Below the pieces are notes generated by a model. The model was not told the origin of the DNA, did not search any database, and worked only from the letters and a program-made list of their open reading frames with translations. The position numbers and the translations under genes were made by a program. This document shows, in pieces, positions 52,435 through 64,000 of a stretch of 64,000 nt of DNA (position 1 is its first letter; every line of letters starts with the position of its first letter). Source of the stretch: Heteronotia binoei (lineage: Eukaryota); the NCBI RefSeq assembly GCF_032191835.1, contig NC_083233.1:34720001-34784000 (forward strand). Direction: 5' to 3'.

Positions 52435-53007
52435 CAGGGGTGAGGAACCTTTTTTCTGCCAAGGGCCATATGGATATTTATAACATCATTCGCGGGCCAT
52501 AAAAATTATCAACTTAAAAAACAGTGCTCCACCAAGGGAGAATGATTCAGGCTGGGAAAATTAGTGCAAATAATTGTTTTTCTATTGAAGTCATGTGGGG
52601 AGAGCCTGATCTGGCGCGTGTGCATGCACACACACGGCCCACTACCCTAGGCAAATCCATAGGTACATGACTTCTTTGTAAAAAAAGCCCAGTAGCATAT
52701 TAGACCACATCCCCTAATATTAGCATATTAGGCCACACCATCTGGGATAATCAAGTGCAAATTGAACTGTGACAGTATCTTTTCTAGGCCCTGCAGCAAT
52801 TCTGGCTGGCCAGCCAGGCCCCAGGGAGGCTGCCACACAGTACATTTGGGCCCTGTGATCCCTGCCTGGCCTTGGGGAGGCTGCTGCACAGCGTGGCTGG
52901 GCCCCACGATCCTTGCTGGCCAGCCAGGCCCCAGAGGGGCTGCCACATGGCTCGGTTTGGCCCAGAGGGGCTACCACACGGCTCGGGACGGAGGTTCCCC
53001 ACCCCTG
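52435..53007. mobile_element. hAT-type MITE with internal GC-rich ~55-60 bp degenerate tandem units
   Basis: TIRs CAGGGGTGAGGAACC / GGTTCCCCACCCCTG; TSD CTGTATAT/CTGTATAC; repeated GGCCAGCCAGGCCCCAG...GGCTGCCACA units at 52800-52980. Confidence 0.8.
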
Positions 53008-53312
53008 CTGTATACAAAACATCTCTCTCTCTCTTTCTCGCCTGTGAACCGCCAGTCAAGACAACCTGCATGCCATTGGCTGGGTCTACTCCTCTCCCCA
53101 CCCGTTGTTGGCCCCAGGACAGATGAAGATTGGGCCACAGGGGCAGCTGCTAGGCAGTAGCTGGTGCTAGCCAGCCAACTTTGTTTCTGTCAGTAAAATG
53201 CAACCCACCATTTTCAATTTGGTTATCTCACTGAAAGGGACAGGGTGGGAAGAAGGCCCTTTCTGGGCTTCTTTTGGCCTTTGAGGGAGAATTCATTGGG
53301 GCCAGTCCTGAC

Positions 53313-53533
53313 TAGGGCTGCCAGTTCCAGCTTGGTGGGGAATTCCTGGAGATTTTTTGGTAAAGTTTTAGGAGGGTAGGGTTTGAGGAGGGGAGAGGTC
53401 TCAACTGAATATAATGCCATAGAGTCCACCTTCCAAAGCAGTAATTTTCTCCAGGTGGGGAGAGATCTGTTGTCTGGAGTTCAGTTGTGATATCAGGAGA
53501 TCTTCAGGCTCCACCTAAAGGTTGGCTACCCTA
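53313..53533. mobile_element. hAT-Blackjack-like MITE (many decayed copies, e.g. ~310-700, 14735-14940, 29650-29870, 38215-38390, 42800-43000, 59300-59485)
   Basis: TIRs TAGGGCTGCCA / TGGCTACCCTA with a shared body (GCCATAGAGTCCACC...TTTTCTCCAGG). Confidence 0.65.
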
Positions 53534-54907
53534 TGCCTGGCTGCTTTGCTACTATTCAGCAGCAACTCCACCCCCCGCCCCCTGACAGCCAGTATGGCAT
53601 AGGAGTTAGGGCTTCAGAGCAGGCTCTGCCAGATGGAGGTTCTTGCTTTAGAAAATGACTGGGTGATTTTGGACGTCACAGACTTTCAGCCTAACCTACC
53701 TCACAGGGTTCTTGTGCAGATCAAAGAGGGGGAGAGGAGAATGATGTAAGCTGCTTTGGTTTCCCCCACACTGTGGAGAAAGACTTATTTTCCTAGGTCA
53801 AGGCTACAGGGAGCGGGGAAGAGAGGGAAAGCTGAAGTCAGAGAGGCATATAAAAGGAAGAAGATAGGGTTTGGAAATTCCTGGAAATTTGAGGGGTGGA
53901 GCTTGGAGAGGGTGAGGTTTGAGAAGGGTGGGACTTCAGACAGGTACAGTGCCATAGACTCCATCCTCCAAACCAGCCAATTCCTTCTGGGAACCACTGT
54001 TGCCAAGAACTTCCAAGAATCAATTCTCCCACCAGTTTACTGGATACAATTTCAGACCTACCACCACAAAGGAAATGGAATATTTATTTACTTCACGTGT
54101 ATACCTTATCTTTCTTACCAAAGGGACCCAAAGTGGTTTATGTTGTTTTTCTCTCATCTTTTTATCTATCTTGCTTTTATCAATTTATGGTTTTAATTTT
54201 ACTTGTAAGTGTTTTAAATTGTAGTATTTGAATTATCATGTTGTAAGCCGCCCTGAGACACTTCGGTGCGAAGGGCGGGGTATAAATCCCAATATAAATA
54301 AATAAATAAAATAAATAAATCTGTTTTATCCTCACAGCAATCCTGTGAGGTAGATTAGTCTGAGAGTATGTGACGGACCTATGGTTTCCCAGCAAGCTCT
54401 TATGGCATACTGGTGATTCAAACCTGGACCTTCTCATTCAAGACTCTGACCATTTCACCACACTGCTGTTTGCATATGACAACTTTGATACTGATATAGC
54501 TGCTGTCTAAAGTGTGGGATGCATTATCTTAAGAAAGTGACCTTTGTGTAATGAAGTCGCTTTTTTGTACAATGAAGAAAGACCAAAAGACGTGCTTGTT
54601 GATGGTGCTCCAGAGATCAAAAACACAATGAGGTATTATCTTTCTCAGCAGGAACTTCTATAATTGGACTCCTGTAATTGGATATATTTTTCAGTAGGTG
54701 TATCTTGCAACATGCTCTCCTGCTAAAGCATAGAAGCAACACAGATGCATGCTGCTTATTTCTTCATGCAAGGAAGAAGAAACAGACAGAAGAGAGGGAC
54801 TGGAGCAAGGGTCTCCAGTTTTGTTGAGCCTATGACAGCTGGTAGTGGGCACCACTACAAAATGGCTGCCACTGGGGACAGTTACAGAATTTGGATAGGC
54901 TCTAAGC

Positions 54908-55396
54908 CAGGGGTGTCACTCATTTGTCATGAGGGCCAGATTTGACATAAATGAGACCTTGTCAGGCTGGGCCATGTGTGTCATAAAATATAATGCCAGG
55001 TAGCTGAGATATAAACTTTATAAAGGACACAAACACAATTAAAGATGTAAAAAAAATTAAATAAAACATGCTTGAAACATGAGCACTTGTTGGTCTTAAC
55101 GGTGCTTTCTTTGTATCTCTCCCATGTGATCTAGGGAACAGGGCAAAGGAAGCTAAGACTCTTTTCTTCCTTCTCTAGGGAACCAGGAGGGGGAGGATCC
55201 TCAGCCAATAGAAGAGAAGCTTGGCTCAGTAGCTCTGCTGTGTGATTGAGCAAGCCTGGCAAAGCAAGCTGTGATGCAGAAGGAAGCAAGGGAGAGGGAG
55301 AAGGAAGCAGATGACAGCCAGTTGCTGGGGGGGGGGGCTGATAGAAGCCCTTTGGGGGCCTGATTTAGCCGCCAGGCCGCATGTTTGACACTCCTG
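54908..55396. mobile_element. hAT-type MITE (family B)
   Basis: TIRs CAGGGGTGTC / GACACTCCTG; TSD CTCTAAGC/CTCCAAGC. Confidence 0.85.
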
Positions 55397-55419
55397 CTCC
55401 AAGCCAAGTGTTGTCCTAC

Positions 55420-55880
55420 TGTAGCAGGTAAATAACGAAGCCCCACACATTGCTTGGTTTGAAGCGAGGTATTTTACTTTGACATCAAAGTAGAATTTGT
55501 CAGCATAAGCTCAAAATGACTAAGTTAAAATCATCAGCCTTCTCACCATTTTTATTCATCCCCAAAACAAGCAGACAAGCCCCCTCTTATGTAATTCAAA
55601 TGCTCCACCTCCTGCTTTCCTTCCAGTAATTTCTTGTAGTTTCCCCCTGCTCTGTCCCTCTGTGTTATCAGCAAGAAGCTCCTTCTCTGCGGGGCCCCTG
55701 TTATCTTGGATTCACACCCTTAGCCTGTCTGGTTTTAACAGTTTAGCAGAAGCTCCTCTGAAGGGCCTCTTAACAGTCACTCTAAATGTTGCATCAGACA
55801 TTCTCTTTTGAAGGCACAGCCATATTTTCCATTGTTATTATTATTGAGGTATTCATTAATTATTCAGGGATCCCTCTTCA
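55420..55880 (-). mobile_element. 3' LTR (461 bp) of an ERV-like element
   Basis: On the - strand it begins TGAAGAG (55880) and ends CTGCTACA (55420), with AATAAA at 55556-55551. It is immediately preceded by the PPT AAAGGGGGGAA (55891-55881) and is 98.3% identical to 62520-62930. Confidence 0.9.
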
Positions 55881-57049
55881 TTCCCCCCTTTCAGTCTCTG
55901 AAAGTTTATTATTTTTTTTTAAATCTGAAGGAGCCTGACCATCATCATTATTAAACAAATCAATTCTGTATGCCCACTCAAGAAGGGCAGCTAGGTGACA
56001 GTTTGGTTTTCGACATTCACAAAAAAGACTGAAATGACACTACAATGGGGTAATGCAATAGTATATTAACAGAGATGGGGTATAGATGGGTCACGGGAGG
56101 AGAGACAGTGATGGGATTATCCATTCACACTGGCACATCCCAGTATTTTCCATCTTGAGAAGGTGTGTGGGTAGGGAAGAAGGTCACTCAGAGGCATGCC
56201 TTGGCTATGCAGCCCAGCCTTCCAATATGGAGTTTTCCTGGTCTCCATTTTGGGGCCTTTCTGGGCACACAGACTAGCTTGAGAGTGCCCCCCCCTTGTC
56301 TTTTAAGGCTACCCTCTTTATTTGGCAGCATCTGGTATCAATTCCTTCTCTTTGGCACTGTCCAGTCCTTGCAGGGTGTGTGTCACATTTCATGGTGCAT
56401 TGCTGATCAGACTTCAAACAACCAGGGTTGAGACACAGTTGGGACAAAGGAAAAGGGTTTTAGGAATGTCAGTTACCAAAAATAGGCTATGCCTGAGTTA
56501 AAAAATAATCCATTCATGGTATATGCATTAAATAATTACGTCCAGTCTAAATTTGTGAACATAGATCTTGGAAGGATCCTAGAGAACTTATTTCTTTATC
56601 AATAAAACATTATTAGTTATGACGCAAGAACACAAAAACTCATCTCATTTCTAAAACACACAAGAGACATATGCAAATGACATGCTATAAACTGAATCAA
56701 GTCATGTGCCTTTATGGCAAACACCTTGTTGTAGCCTAGGTGATTAAGATACACACATTCAGACATACTTGGAAACATTGCCAGTTGTAGGCAGTCCACA
56801 TTGGCCACATTATTACAATACAAAAACCATTTCGTGACTAATTCCTTATTCCCCTCCTCCCTTAGTCTAACAAAAGGTCTTCTTTCTTGAGTTCATGGAG
56901 AGTTAGCGTGCTGTATGCATGACAATCTTTTCACAGGGAAATCTGTTTCTGTTGCAGCCAAAAGGAATTCCTTTTCCTGGAAGCACAACTTGGAAGTGGC
57001 AGTGGGCTGCTGTTATGATCAGCTGGGGCAACCAGCCTTTTGCTAGGTA

Positions 57050-59210
57050 GAGGAATTTTCCGGGAAATAAGTTTTCTCCACAACTCAATTTGGATGGAAT
57101 TCTCGAGGAGGCCTTCCTTCCAACATCAATAAGGCATGACCAAGAAAATTTCAGGATCTCTAGGTAGATATGGAAGAGCCTGGAAAACATACTTGAAGAA
57201 ACAAACAAATAAAACAATAATAATAGGTGCTTTTTCCCTTTAAAGCTTTCCTTGGCTGTTCACAAATTGCCATAACTTGAGTCCAACCCTGTTGACATAG
57301 GTTTGCATACATTAGCTAAATTACCATACTTGTTTTGGACAGGAGACTTTCTCCTTCTCGCATGGTGTTTCAGTTTGACAAGGTCTCTACCCTTCCAATG
57401 TTAAAGGACAGATTTCATACAACATACATTATGCAGAACACAAATCCACAATATAAACCCATGCATCACTTCTCATGATTCAGACTAGTGCATATCCATA
57501 TAGAAAATGAGCACCTAGTGGTTCATGAGAGGCTTTTTATTTTGTTGCAACAGACATGAATCTAAAAAAGAAACATGAAATTGTGCACACAATTTGGAGC
57601 TCCAAAAAGAGATTACCAGAGTTGAAGTTACCCCTGGATTATGAAAATGGTCACAAAAAAGGGAAGAAGAACTTCAAAAACAAACAAAACAAAACTGAGG
57701 CCTCAATAGAACAATGCCAGCTTTAACATACATGTATGCGAGGGATCAGACCCAAAATGATTAGAGAACTGGATTAGAGAATTTAAACCATTGGACATCA
57801 GTGGTGTGTTCAAGTCCACTGAACTCCATCTTCCTCCATGTCAGCTCATCCAAAATTTGTTCTGTGGGTCTCACGTAGGTGTGAGAGTAGGTTTCATCAA
57901 ACTTTAACAACAAAAATCCTAAAAGCAAATAATAGTTAATCCTTAAACAATTCTTAGCAGACATACCAGTAATTCTTAAAATTACTATATAATAATGAGC
58001 ATGCACTAAACTTGAATTGCAGATCCCAATTTTCTTCATATATATAACAAAACAATCCTGGAAGGCAAATTCTAGTTAATACACCTTGACAAAGAAGGTT
58101 GAAATAACAGAGAGGCAGGAACTTAAAACAAATAAATGGAAATGTGTTATCCAGTAGCAAGCCTGGCCAGGACTGGAGACTGGATTGAAACACAAAATCA
58201 AACAGAATTGGAGCCCTACCATGATAAGAACATGAAACATAGAAAGAATTTTCTGAATAAAACACTCAGAAAAAGTCATGCTCTAACAAGATACTATAGA
58301 TGGAGGCATAAAATATGATAGATAAGCATATAGATGCCTCTTTCCACAAGTAAGAGGTTCACCATATAGCTGAATAGGAAGATTGATATGCACAGTTCAT
58401 AGATGGAATATAACTATAAATGACATCAAGAGAACAATTGAAAATATACATTTTAAGGAATGCAGAACATTATTAAAGTCCAGATTTCCAATGAAGACCA
58501 AGAGTTTTCAGGAATCCTGCCTACTAAATTACTAAGAAATCTAGAAAGGGTATTTCCATAGGAAACATGTCACTGAGAATAACTGGATTGCTGGTACAGC
58601 AAAGTATTAGTTTCTCAAGACTTAAGAAAGAAGGTGCACAGTGAGAGGGCAGTTCCACCCAAGGAAGGGTATAGATGTTCCTCTATAACACGTTATAACT
58701 TCAAATGGAAAGAGGTCTTGTAGAAACCAAAATTTATGAGGCAGAACTTCAAAACACTGCTCTAAACGAAAACTCAGTACCAAAAACCAAAGGAACCCCC
58801 ATATTCAAATGAATGAAAAGTTGGGAAGAAGCCCAAAGTAAGACAGAAAAACTGCCAGATGCAACACCGGAAGACCACATGCTTCTGGCATGAGATGTTC
58901 TTAACAAAAATCCCAAGAGAATAAAATTTCCAAAAGGTTGGATACTGTATTGCTTTAGCAGAATAGATGCTCCATATAAACCCAAGATTACAAATATAAA
59001 CTTCCAACCCTTTGTCCCAGATCAAAAAACTTAACAAGAGATCTGTTAGGTGCACCATTTCTTTAAAGCAAAGGAGATCACAAGCTAAATATCTTATAAA
59101 TATTCCCCTTAAAATTAAAGCTGCACAATCTAAGTACAAGGGAAACTAATAACGGCCACTAGAAAAATATTCTCAGACTCAAAAGGTAAAGCAAAAAAAA
59201 AGAAATAAAT
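57050..59210 (+). mobile_element. Heavily decayed L1-clade LINE ORF2 remnant inside the LTR element
   Basis: A-rich + strand with scattered ORF2-like peptides (KTIIIGAF resembling the EN IIxGDFN motif; YPVASLARTGDWI; CQMQHRKTTCFW), many stops and frameshifts, and an A-rich end near 59190-59205. Confidence 0.6.
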
Positions 59211-60085
59211 TATCAGAGGAATAGCTTCTAATCTAGAAAAACTCTTGCCTCAAGGCAGTTTACAGGCAGGTTCTTTTCTCTGGCAGGGAAAGATTAGCTG
59301 TAAGTGGATGCCAGCTCCAGGCTGGAGATTTCTGAATATCTGAATTAAATTTGAAGATTACAAGGCATGCAGTCCACCCTCCTGGACACTTTCTCTCCCA
59401 GAGGCACTAGCCTTAATGTTCTGGGCATTACATTATAATTTTGGGAGTGATCTCCAGGTTCCACCTGGAGACTGGCACCCTTGCAAAACAGTAATGTTTT
59501 GAGCAAGCCAAGGAGCTTCCAAACTGACTTGCTTATTTTAAAATATACACATCTTCCTTCCAGGCATCTAAAACTACTCATTTTATTTGTGGAGACATTC
59601 TTGCAAAATTTCAAAAGTTTGAATTTGTATCCTTAGACCTAAAACCAGGAGAATATGAGAATTCAGAAAAATATCTCAATTGTGCCTCCCCCCCCCCCTT
59701 TGATACCATGGGGCATATATATAAACACAAGATGGGGAAGGTGATGAGATATCTGCGTGGTATGGGTTCAGGTTTTACACTTCTTATTTTGGCTTAATTT
59801 GGCTAAGTGACTTCTCTTTCCTAAAACAGCTAAAGATTGTCTGCAAATTTTCCTAGCCAAAATCCAGTGAAAGTTGCTAGGACATAAATTCCTTACAAAA
59901 GAGAAAACTTTGACTCTTTGCAAAGATGCTAACAATTCTCTTTTCTGGTTATGGATCTGATTTATATAAAAAAAGACAGGTCTCTTTCTGTAAAGACACC
60001 TGGTTGCTTGTGCCTTCAAGAGGAGAGACTTGAGGTGAAAATTTCTTCTTAATATCTCAGGGCACTGCATTCTAAAAATTATTAT

Positions 60086-60259
60086 TCCTTCCGTAGTCAT
60101 CTACACTTTGCTGGGTAATCATTTTATTGACTTCAGAAGGATGGAAGGCTGAGTCAACCTCGAGCCAGCTACCTGATCCCAGCTTCCACCAGGATTGAAC
60201 TCAGGTCGTGAGCAGAGCTTAGGACTGCAGTACTACAGCTCTAACACTCTGTGCCACGG
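60086..60259 (-). mobile_element. Sauria SINE, partial, inside the LTR element
   Basis: Core GGAAGGCTGAGTCAACCTCGAG and head region. Confidence 0.8.
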
Positions 60260-61710
60260 TGTTCTTGTGGGGGGAGGGCAAGAAGACTGCAAATTTGCAA
60301 TCTTTAACTTCCCTATGCCAGGCTCCAATTTGAGGCTGATTTAGGCACTCTCTGTACATACTCAGAGGCCTTTCCTTGAGCCTGAAATTTATAGAACTAA
60401 AGCAGTAAATATTTAACAAAACTAGTTTAATCTCTCTTTCTCAGAGGATTTGGTTCTGGCATTTTAAAGGTGAAAATAAAGGTACAACTCTCTAAATCTC
60501 TTTCTCAATCATGGCAATAAATTGTATTTATTTAATTTGCATCCTGGCTGCATTTTAAAGGAGCTGAACCTCAGTTCTTTTGGGCTAACTGTAATGCAGT
60601 AGCCATGCACCACTGAATTGTAATACTGAGATAGCTGAATAGCCTTAGCTGGATACACCACGAGGGTCTGGGAGGCATAAAAATAACATAAGTACATTTC
60701 TTTGCCTAGCCTGACCTAGACTTGAGGCTATTTTGCTAAACAGCCTCCTGACATAATTCCATTCGGGGAAACCCTTAGATTCCATCTGGACATTTGAACT
60801 CTGTATGATAATATCTAGTTCTCTGAATTTATGCCCAGTTAGCTAGTTACATTGAATACTCACTAAAACCAATGCTTTCAGGGCCACCGCAATCTGAGCC
60901 AAACTTACCCACTAGCCTTTGGAAGTACCTACTATCAATTAGTGAAAACTGACTTGGGGAACCCCTTGCTGCAGTGGTGTGGCTTGGTTTTCTCTAGAGT
61001 TTTCCTAATAGGCAGAGGCTTGACTAGGGCCTCTGTGCTAAAGGATTTATCCAGTCTGGTGGCAACCTACCTTCCTGGTGTTTCTGGGGGAACTACTAGA
61101 CTTTGGACCTGTGTTGGACTATCAGTTGGCAAGTCTGCTGATGCACCTTGGCCAGACAGGTGGCAGACTTTGTCACACTAACAGAGATCTCATCTTTTGG
61201 GCAAGGCCACATTCTCTACAGTTAATTTTATTTCCTGAATGGGGTTGCCACATCCAGACAGGACAGATTGTTAGAGATCTAAAATGGAAGTCTAAAGAAA
61301 GATGAGATCCCAAGGGAACCAGGCTCTGAGCTCTCACTCACACCAAACTTCCATTACCCTGCAGAGAAAACTAAGTCTGCAGCCTGGAATCTTGTGCTGT
61401 GATTCTAGGAGATCTCCAGGCCTTCCCTTGAGAACTGGCATCATCTAATTTTAATCCAAATCATTGCTCTTCTGTTCTTTTTTTTATTAAAGGGAGAGAG
61501 GTCCTTGCTACCTTACAAAGCCAGGTCTCTCCATTCTAAAAGACATTCAAATCCAAAAGTTAGATTTTTCTTGAAGGGGAGGTTTAGGGACAAAGGAGTC
61601 TTGCCTGCCCATGTGGAACTACCATTCTCTAACATTTCCCAGAATTCTGGTTTCTAAGTTCCCCATGGCACCAAACATTTAGACAAGACAATTCTAGGGA
61701 AAACAGAAAA

Positions 61711-61979
61711 GAAGACATTGGATTTATATTCCACTTTCCACTCAAGAGTCTCAGAGCAGCTCACAATCTCCTTTATCTCCCTCCCCCACAATAAACACCC
61801 TGTGAGGTGGGTAGGGCTGAGAGGGCTCTCCCAGAAGCTGCCCTTTCAAGGACAAGCTCTGTGATAACTATGAATGACCCATAGCCATTCCAGCAGGATC
61901 AAGTGGAGGAGTGGGGAATCAAACCCGGTTCTCCCGGATAAGAGTCTGCACACTTAACCACTACCCCAAACTGGCTCTC
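61711..61979 (-). mobile_element. Squam3-like SINE inside the LTR element, with a 10-bp TSD
   Basis: Flanked by AAACAGAAAA at 61701-61710 and 61980-61989. Confidence 0.85.
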
Positions 61980-62496
61980 AAACAGAAAACAGGAGCTGCC
62001 ATTAAGGGGTCTGGCAGCCAGGGAGCCCTGAGGGTTTACACTCCCTTTCTCTCGTGACCCAGCAAGATCTCCCTACTGGGAACTACACAAGAGAAAATCC
62101 CTCTCACTTAGAGGCTTTCTCTCATTCACACACACACCACAGAAATCCTCCCAGTTCCTAGCCTTTGTGTTTCAGCGCCAGAATGGAGCCTAATGAACAA
62201 GGCTTAAGGGATGATCAGGCCCTTCTTCCCTCCTAAGGAGAGGTAATCCGATTTCCCAAACAATTCATACTCACAAACCTGAAGATCTTCCAATTCCCTA
62301 CACACGTCGGTTCAACCAGGCTCAGGTTCTTGATTGACTGACCGGGCACCCCACCACCACCACCACCACCAAGGCAGAGCGAGCTGGACTCAGTGAAAAA
62401 TGTGACCTTGGCGCCTAGTCCGTTCTTTCTGCCATGAGGGTAGAGGACAGACGGTTATGCAGTCATCCAAGGGAAGGAAAAATCCTTACCTCGTCA

Positions 62497-62514
62497 TTCA
62501 TGGTCAATGCACCA
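62497..62514 (-). other. Primer-binding site, tRNA-Gly-like
   Basis: TGGTGCATTGACCATGAA lies 5 nt after the LTR end and matches 15/18 to the recalled tRNA-Gly(GCC) complement TGGTGCATTGGCCGGGAA. A splice donor GAG|GTAAGG follows at ~62489. Confidence 0.8.
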
Positions 62515-62519
62515 TTTTA

Positions 62520-62929
62520 TGTAGCAGATAAATAACGAAGCCCCACACATTGCTTTGTTTGAAGCGAGGTATTTTACTTTGACATCAAAGTAGAACTTGT
62601 CAGCATAAGCTCAAAATGACTAAGTTAAAATCATCAGCCTTCTGACCATTTTTATTCATCCCCAAAACAAGCAGACAAGCCCCCTCTTATCTAATTCAAA
62701 TGCTCCACCTCCTGCTTTCCTTCCAGTAATTTCTTGTAGTTTTCCCCTGCTCTGTCCCTCTGTGTTATCAGCAAGAAGCTCCTTCTCTGCGGGGCCCCTG
62801 TTATCTTGGATTCACACCCTTAGCCTGTCTGGTTTTAACAGTTTAGCAGAAGCTCCTCTGAAGGGCCTCTTAACAGTCACTCTAAATGTTGCATCAGACA
62901 TTCTCTTTTGAAGGCACAACCATATTTTC

Positions 62930-62930
<1 letters not shown>
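62520..62930 (-). mobile_element. 5' LTR of the same ERV-like element, interrupted by an L2 insertion
   Basis: Gap-free match to 55420-55830 at an offset of exactly 7100 (7 substitutions in 411 nt). The PBS follows on the - strand. Confidence 0.9.

Positions 62931-62986
<56 letters not shown>
62931..62986. repeat. (ATT)n microsatellite = L2 tail
   Basis: About 18 ATT units between the LTR and the L2 3' UTR. Confidence 0.95.
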
Positions 62987-62987
<1 letters not shown>

Positions 62988-64000
62988 TATCCAGGTGGCT
63001 CAGGGCGGCTTACAACATATAAAACTAACATAAAATCTAAAATTAAGCATTAAAATCAACATTTCATAAGTTATAGTTAAAAATCTAAACATTTGTTATA
63101 TACATAGACATTAAAATCACAAAGCGGACCTACAGCTACACTCATCGGTTGCATGTTCAATATTCGATGTTCAGTACTCAGTGCTCTGTGCCGATTAGTT
63201 GTGGGCCAGCCGGAAGAGGGATGTCTTACAGGCCCTGTGGAATTGGGTGAGATCCCGCAGGGCCCTTACCTCTTCCGGCAGCTGGTTCCACCAAGATGGA
63301 GCCATTACGGAGAAGGCCCGGTCTCTTGTAACTTTCAAACGGGCTTCCTTTGGTCCGGGGACGACCAGGAGGTTTTGAGTCCCCGATCTTAGTGCTCGCT
63401 GGGGAACGTGTGGGAAGAGACGGTCCCTCAGATAGGCAGGTCCTAGGCCATATAGGGCTTTAAAGGTAATAACCAGCACCTTGTACCGAACTCGGTAAGA
63501 TATTGGCAGCCAGTGCAGAGCCCGAAGTCCCGGCTGAATGTGCTCCCACCTTGGGAGCCCTAATAACAACCGGGCGGCGGCGTTCTGCACCAGCTGCAAT
63601 TTCCGGGTTCGGCACAGGGGCAGCCCCATGTAGAGGGCATTGCAGTAGTCCAACCTCAAGGTGACCGTAGCATGGATCACCGTTGCTAGATCGTCACGGT
63701 CCAGGAAGGGAGCCAGCTGCCTTGCCCGCCTAAGATAGAAAAATGCGGACTTGGTGGTGGCTGCTATCTGGGCCTCCATTGTTAGTGAAGGCTCCAGAAG
63801 TACCCCCAGGCTCCTGACTCTGTGCGTCGCCGTCAGCGGCGCACCATCAAAACCCGGAAGGGGTATTTCCCTTCCCGGACCCCGACGGCCCAAGCAAAGG
63901 ACCTCTGTCTTCGCCGGGTTTAGCTTCAGCCCGGTCGTCCATAAGCAGATAAAGCTGGGTGTCATCAGCATACTGGTGACAACCCAGCCCGTACCTTCGG
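62931..64000 (-). mobile_element. Young L2-clade LINE 3' end with (TAA)n tail; continues beyond the window
   Basis: Open 258-aa RT C-terminal ORF at 63195..63971 (GLKLNPAKTE, LDYCNALYMGLP, KLQLVQNAAARLL), 3' UTR with a TGTAAGCCGCCCTGAG stem motif, and an (ATT)n tail at 62931-62986. Confidence 0.9.

Noticed and set aside
55892-62496. Short minus-strand ORFs in the LTR interior as possible gag/pol/env (e.g. 59768..60100, 56903..57217)
   Set aside because: No YxDD, DDE, CCHC or protease DTG motif could be read; resemblances are too weak to call.
44525-64000. SEPTIN6 exon 2 (GHVGFDSLPDQLV...)
   Set aside because: Searched by eye and not found; it presumably lies beyond the window.

Overview
Vertebrate (squamate, most likely gecko) genomic DNA, syntenic with the human Xq24 block. 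Gene order: NDUFA1 exon 1 (-), UPF3B (+, 10 coding exons, 480 aa), RPL39 (+, 3 coding exons, hosting the H/ACA snoRNA SNORA69 in intron 2), SOWAHD (-, ankyrin ORF), then SEPTIN6 exon 1 (+). SEPTIN6 intron 1 appears to fill the rest of the window. Introns and intergenic DNA are dense in Sauria SINEs, Squam3-like SINEs, 5S-derived SINEs, CR1/L2/L1 LINE fragments and hAT MITEs. The most unusual structure is a ~7.5 kb minus-strand LTR element in SEPTIN6 intron 1. Its LTRs are 98.3% identical and it has a tRNA-Gly PBS and a gammaretrovirus-like PPT, but the interior is much older decayed host-type repeat DNA with no gag/pol/env ORF, and a young L2 interrupts its 5' LTR. Other points of interest: a GC-AG intron with a competing frameshifting GT donor and a cryptic U12-type signal pair in UPF3B (possible NMD feedback); a 471-bp NDUFA1/UPF3B head-to-head promoter lacking RNF113A and containing a decayed copy of NDUFA1 exon 1; and a probable upstream first exon/uORF for SOWAHD. 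No prokaryotic-type systems are present. All family names come from recognition by eye; no database search was run.
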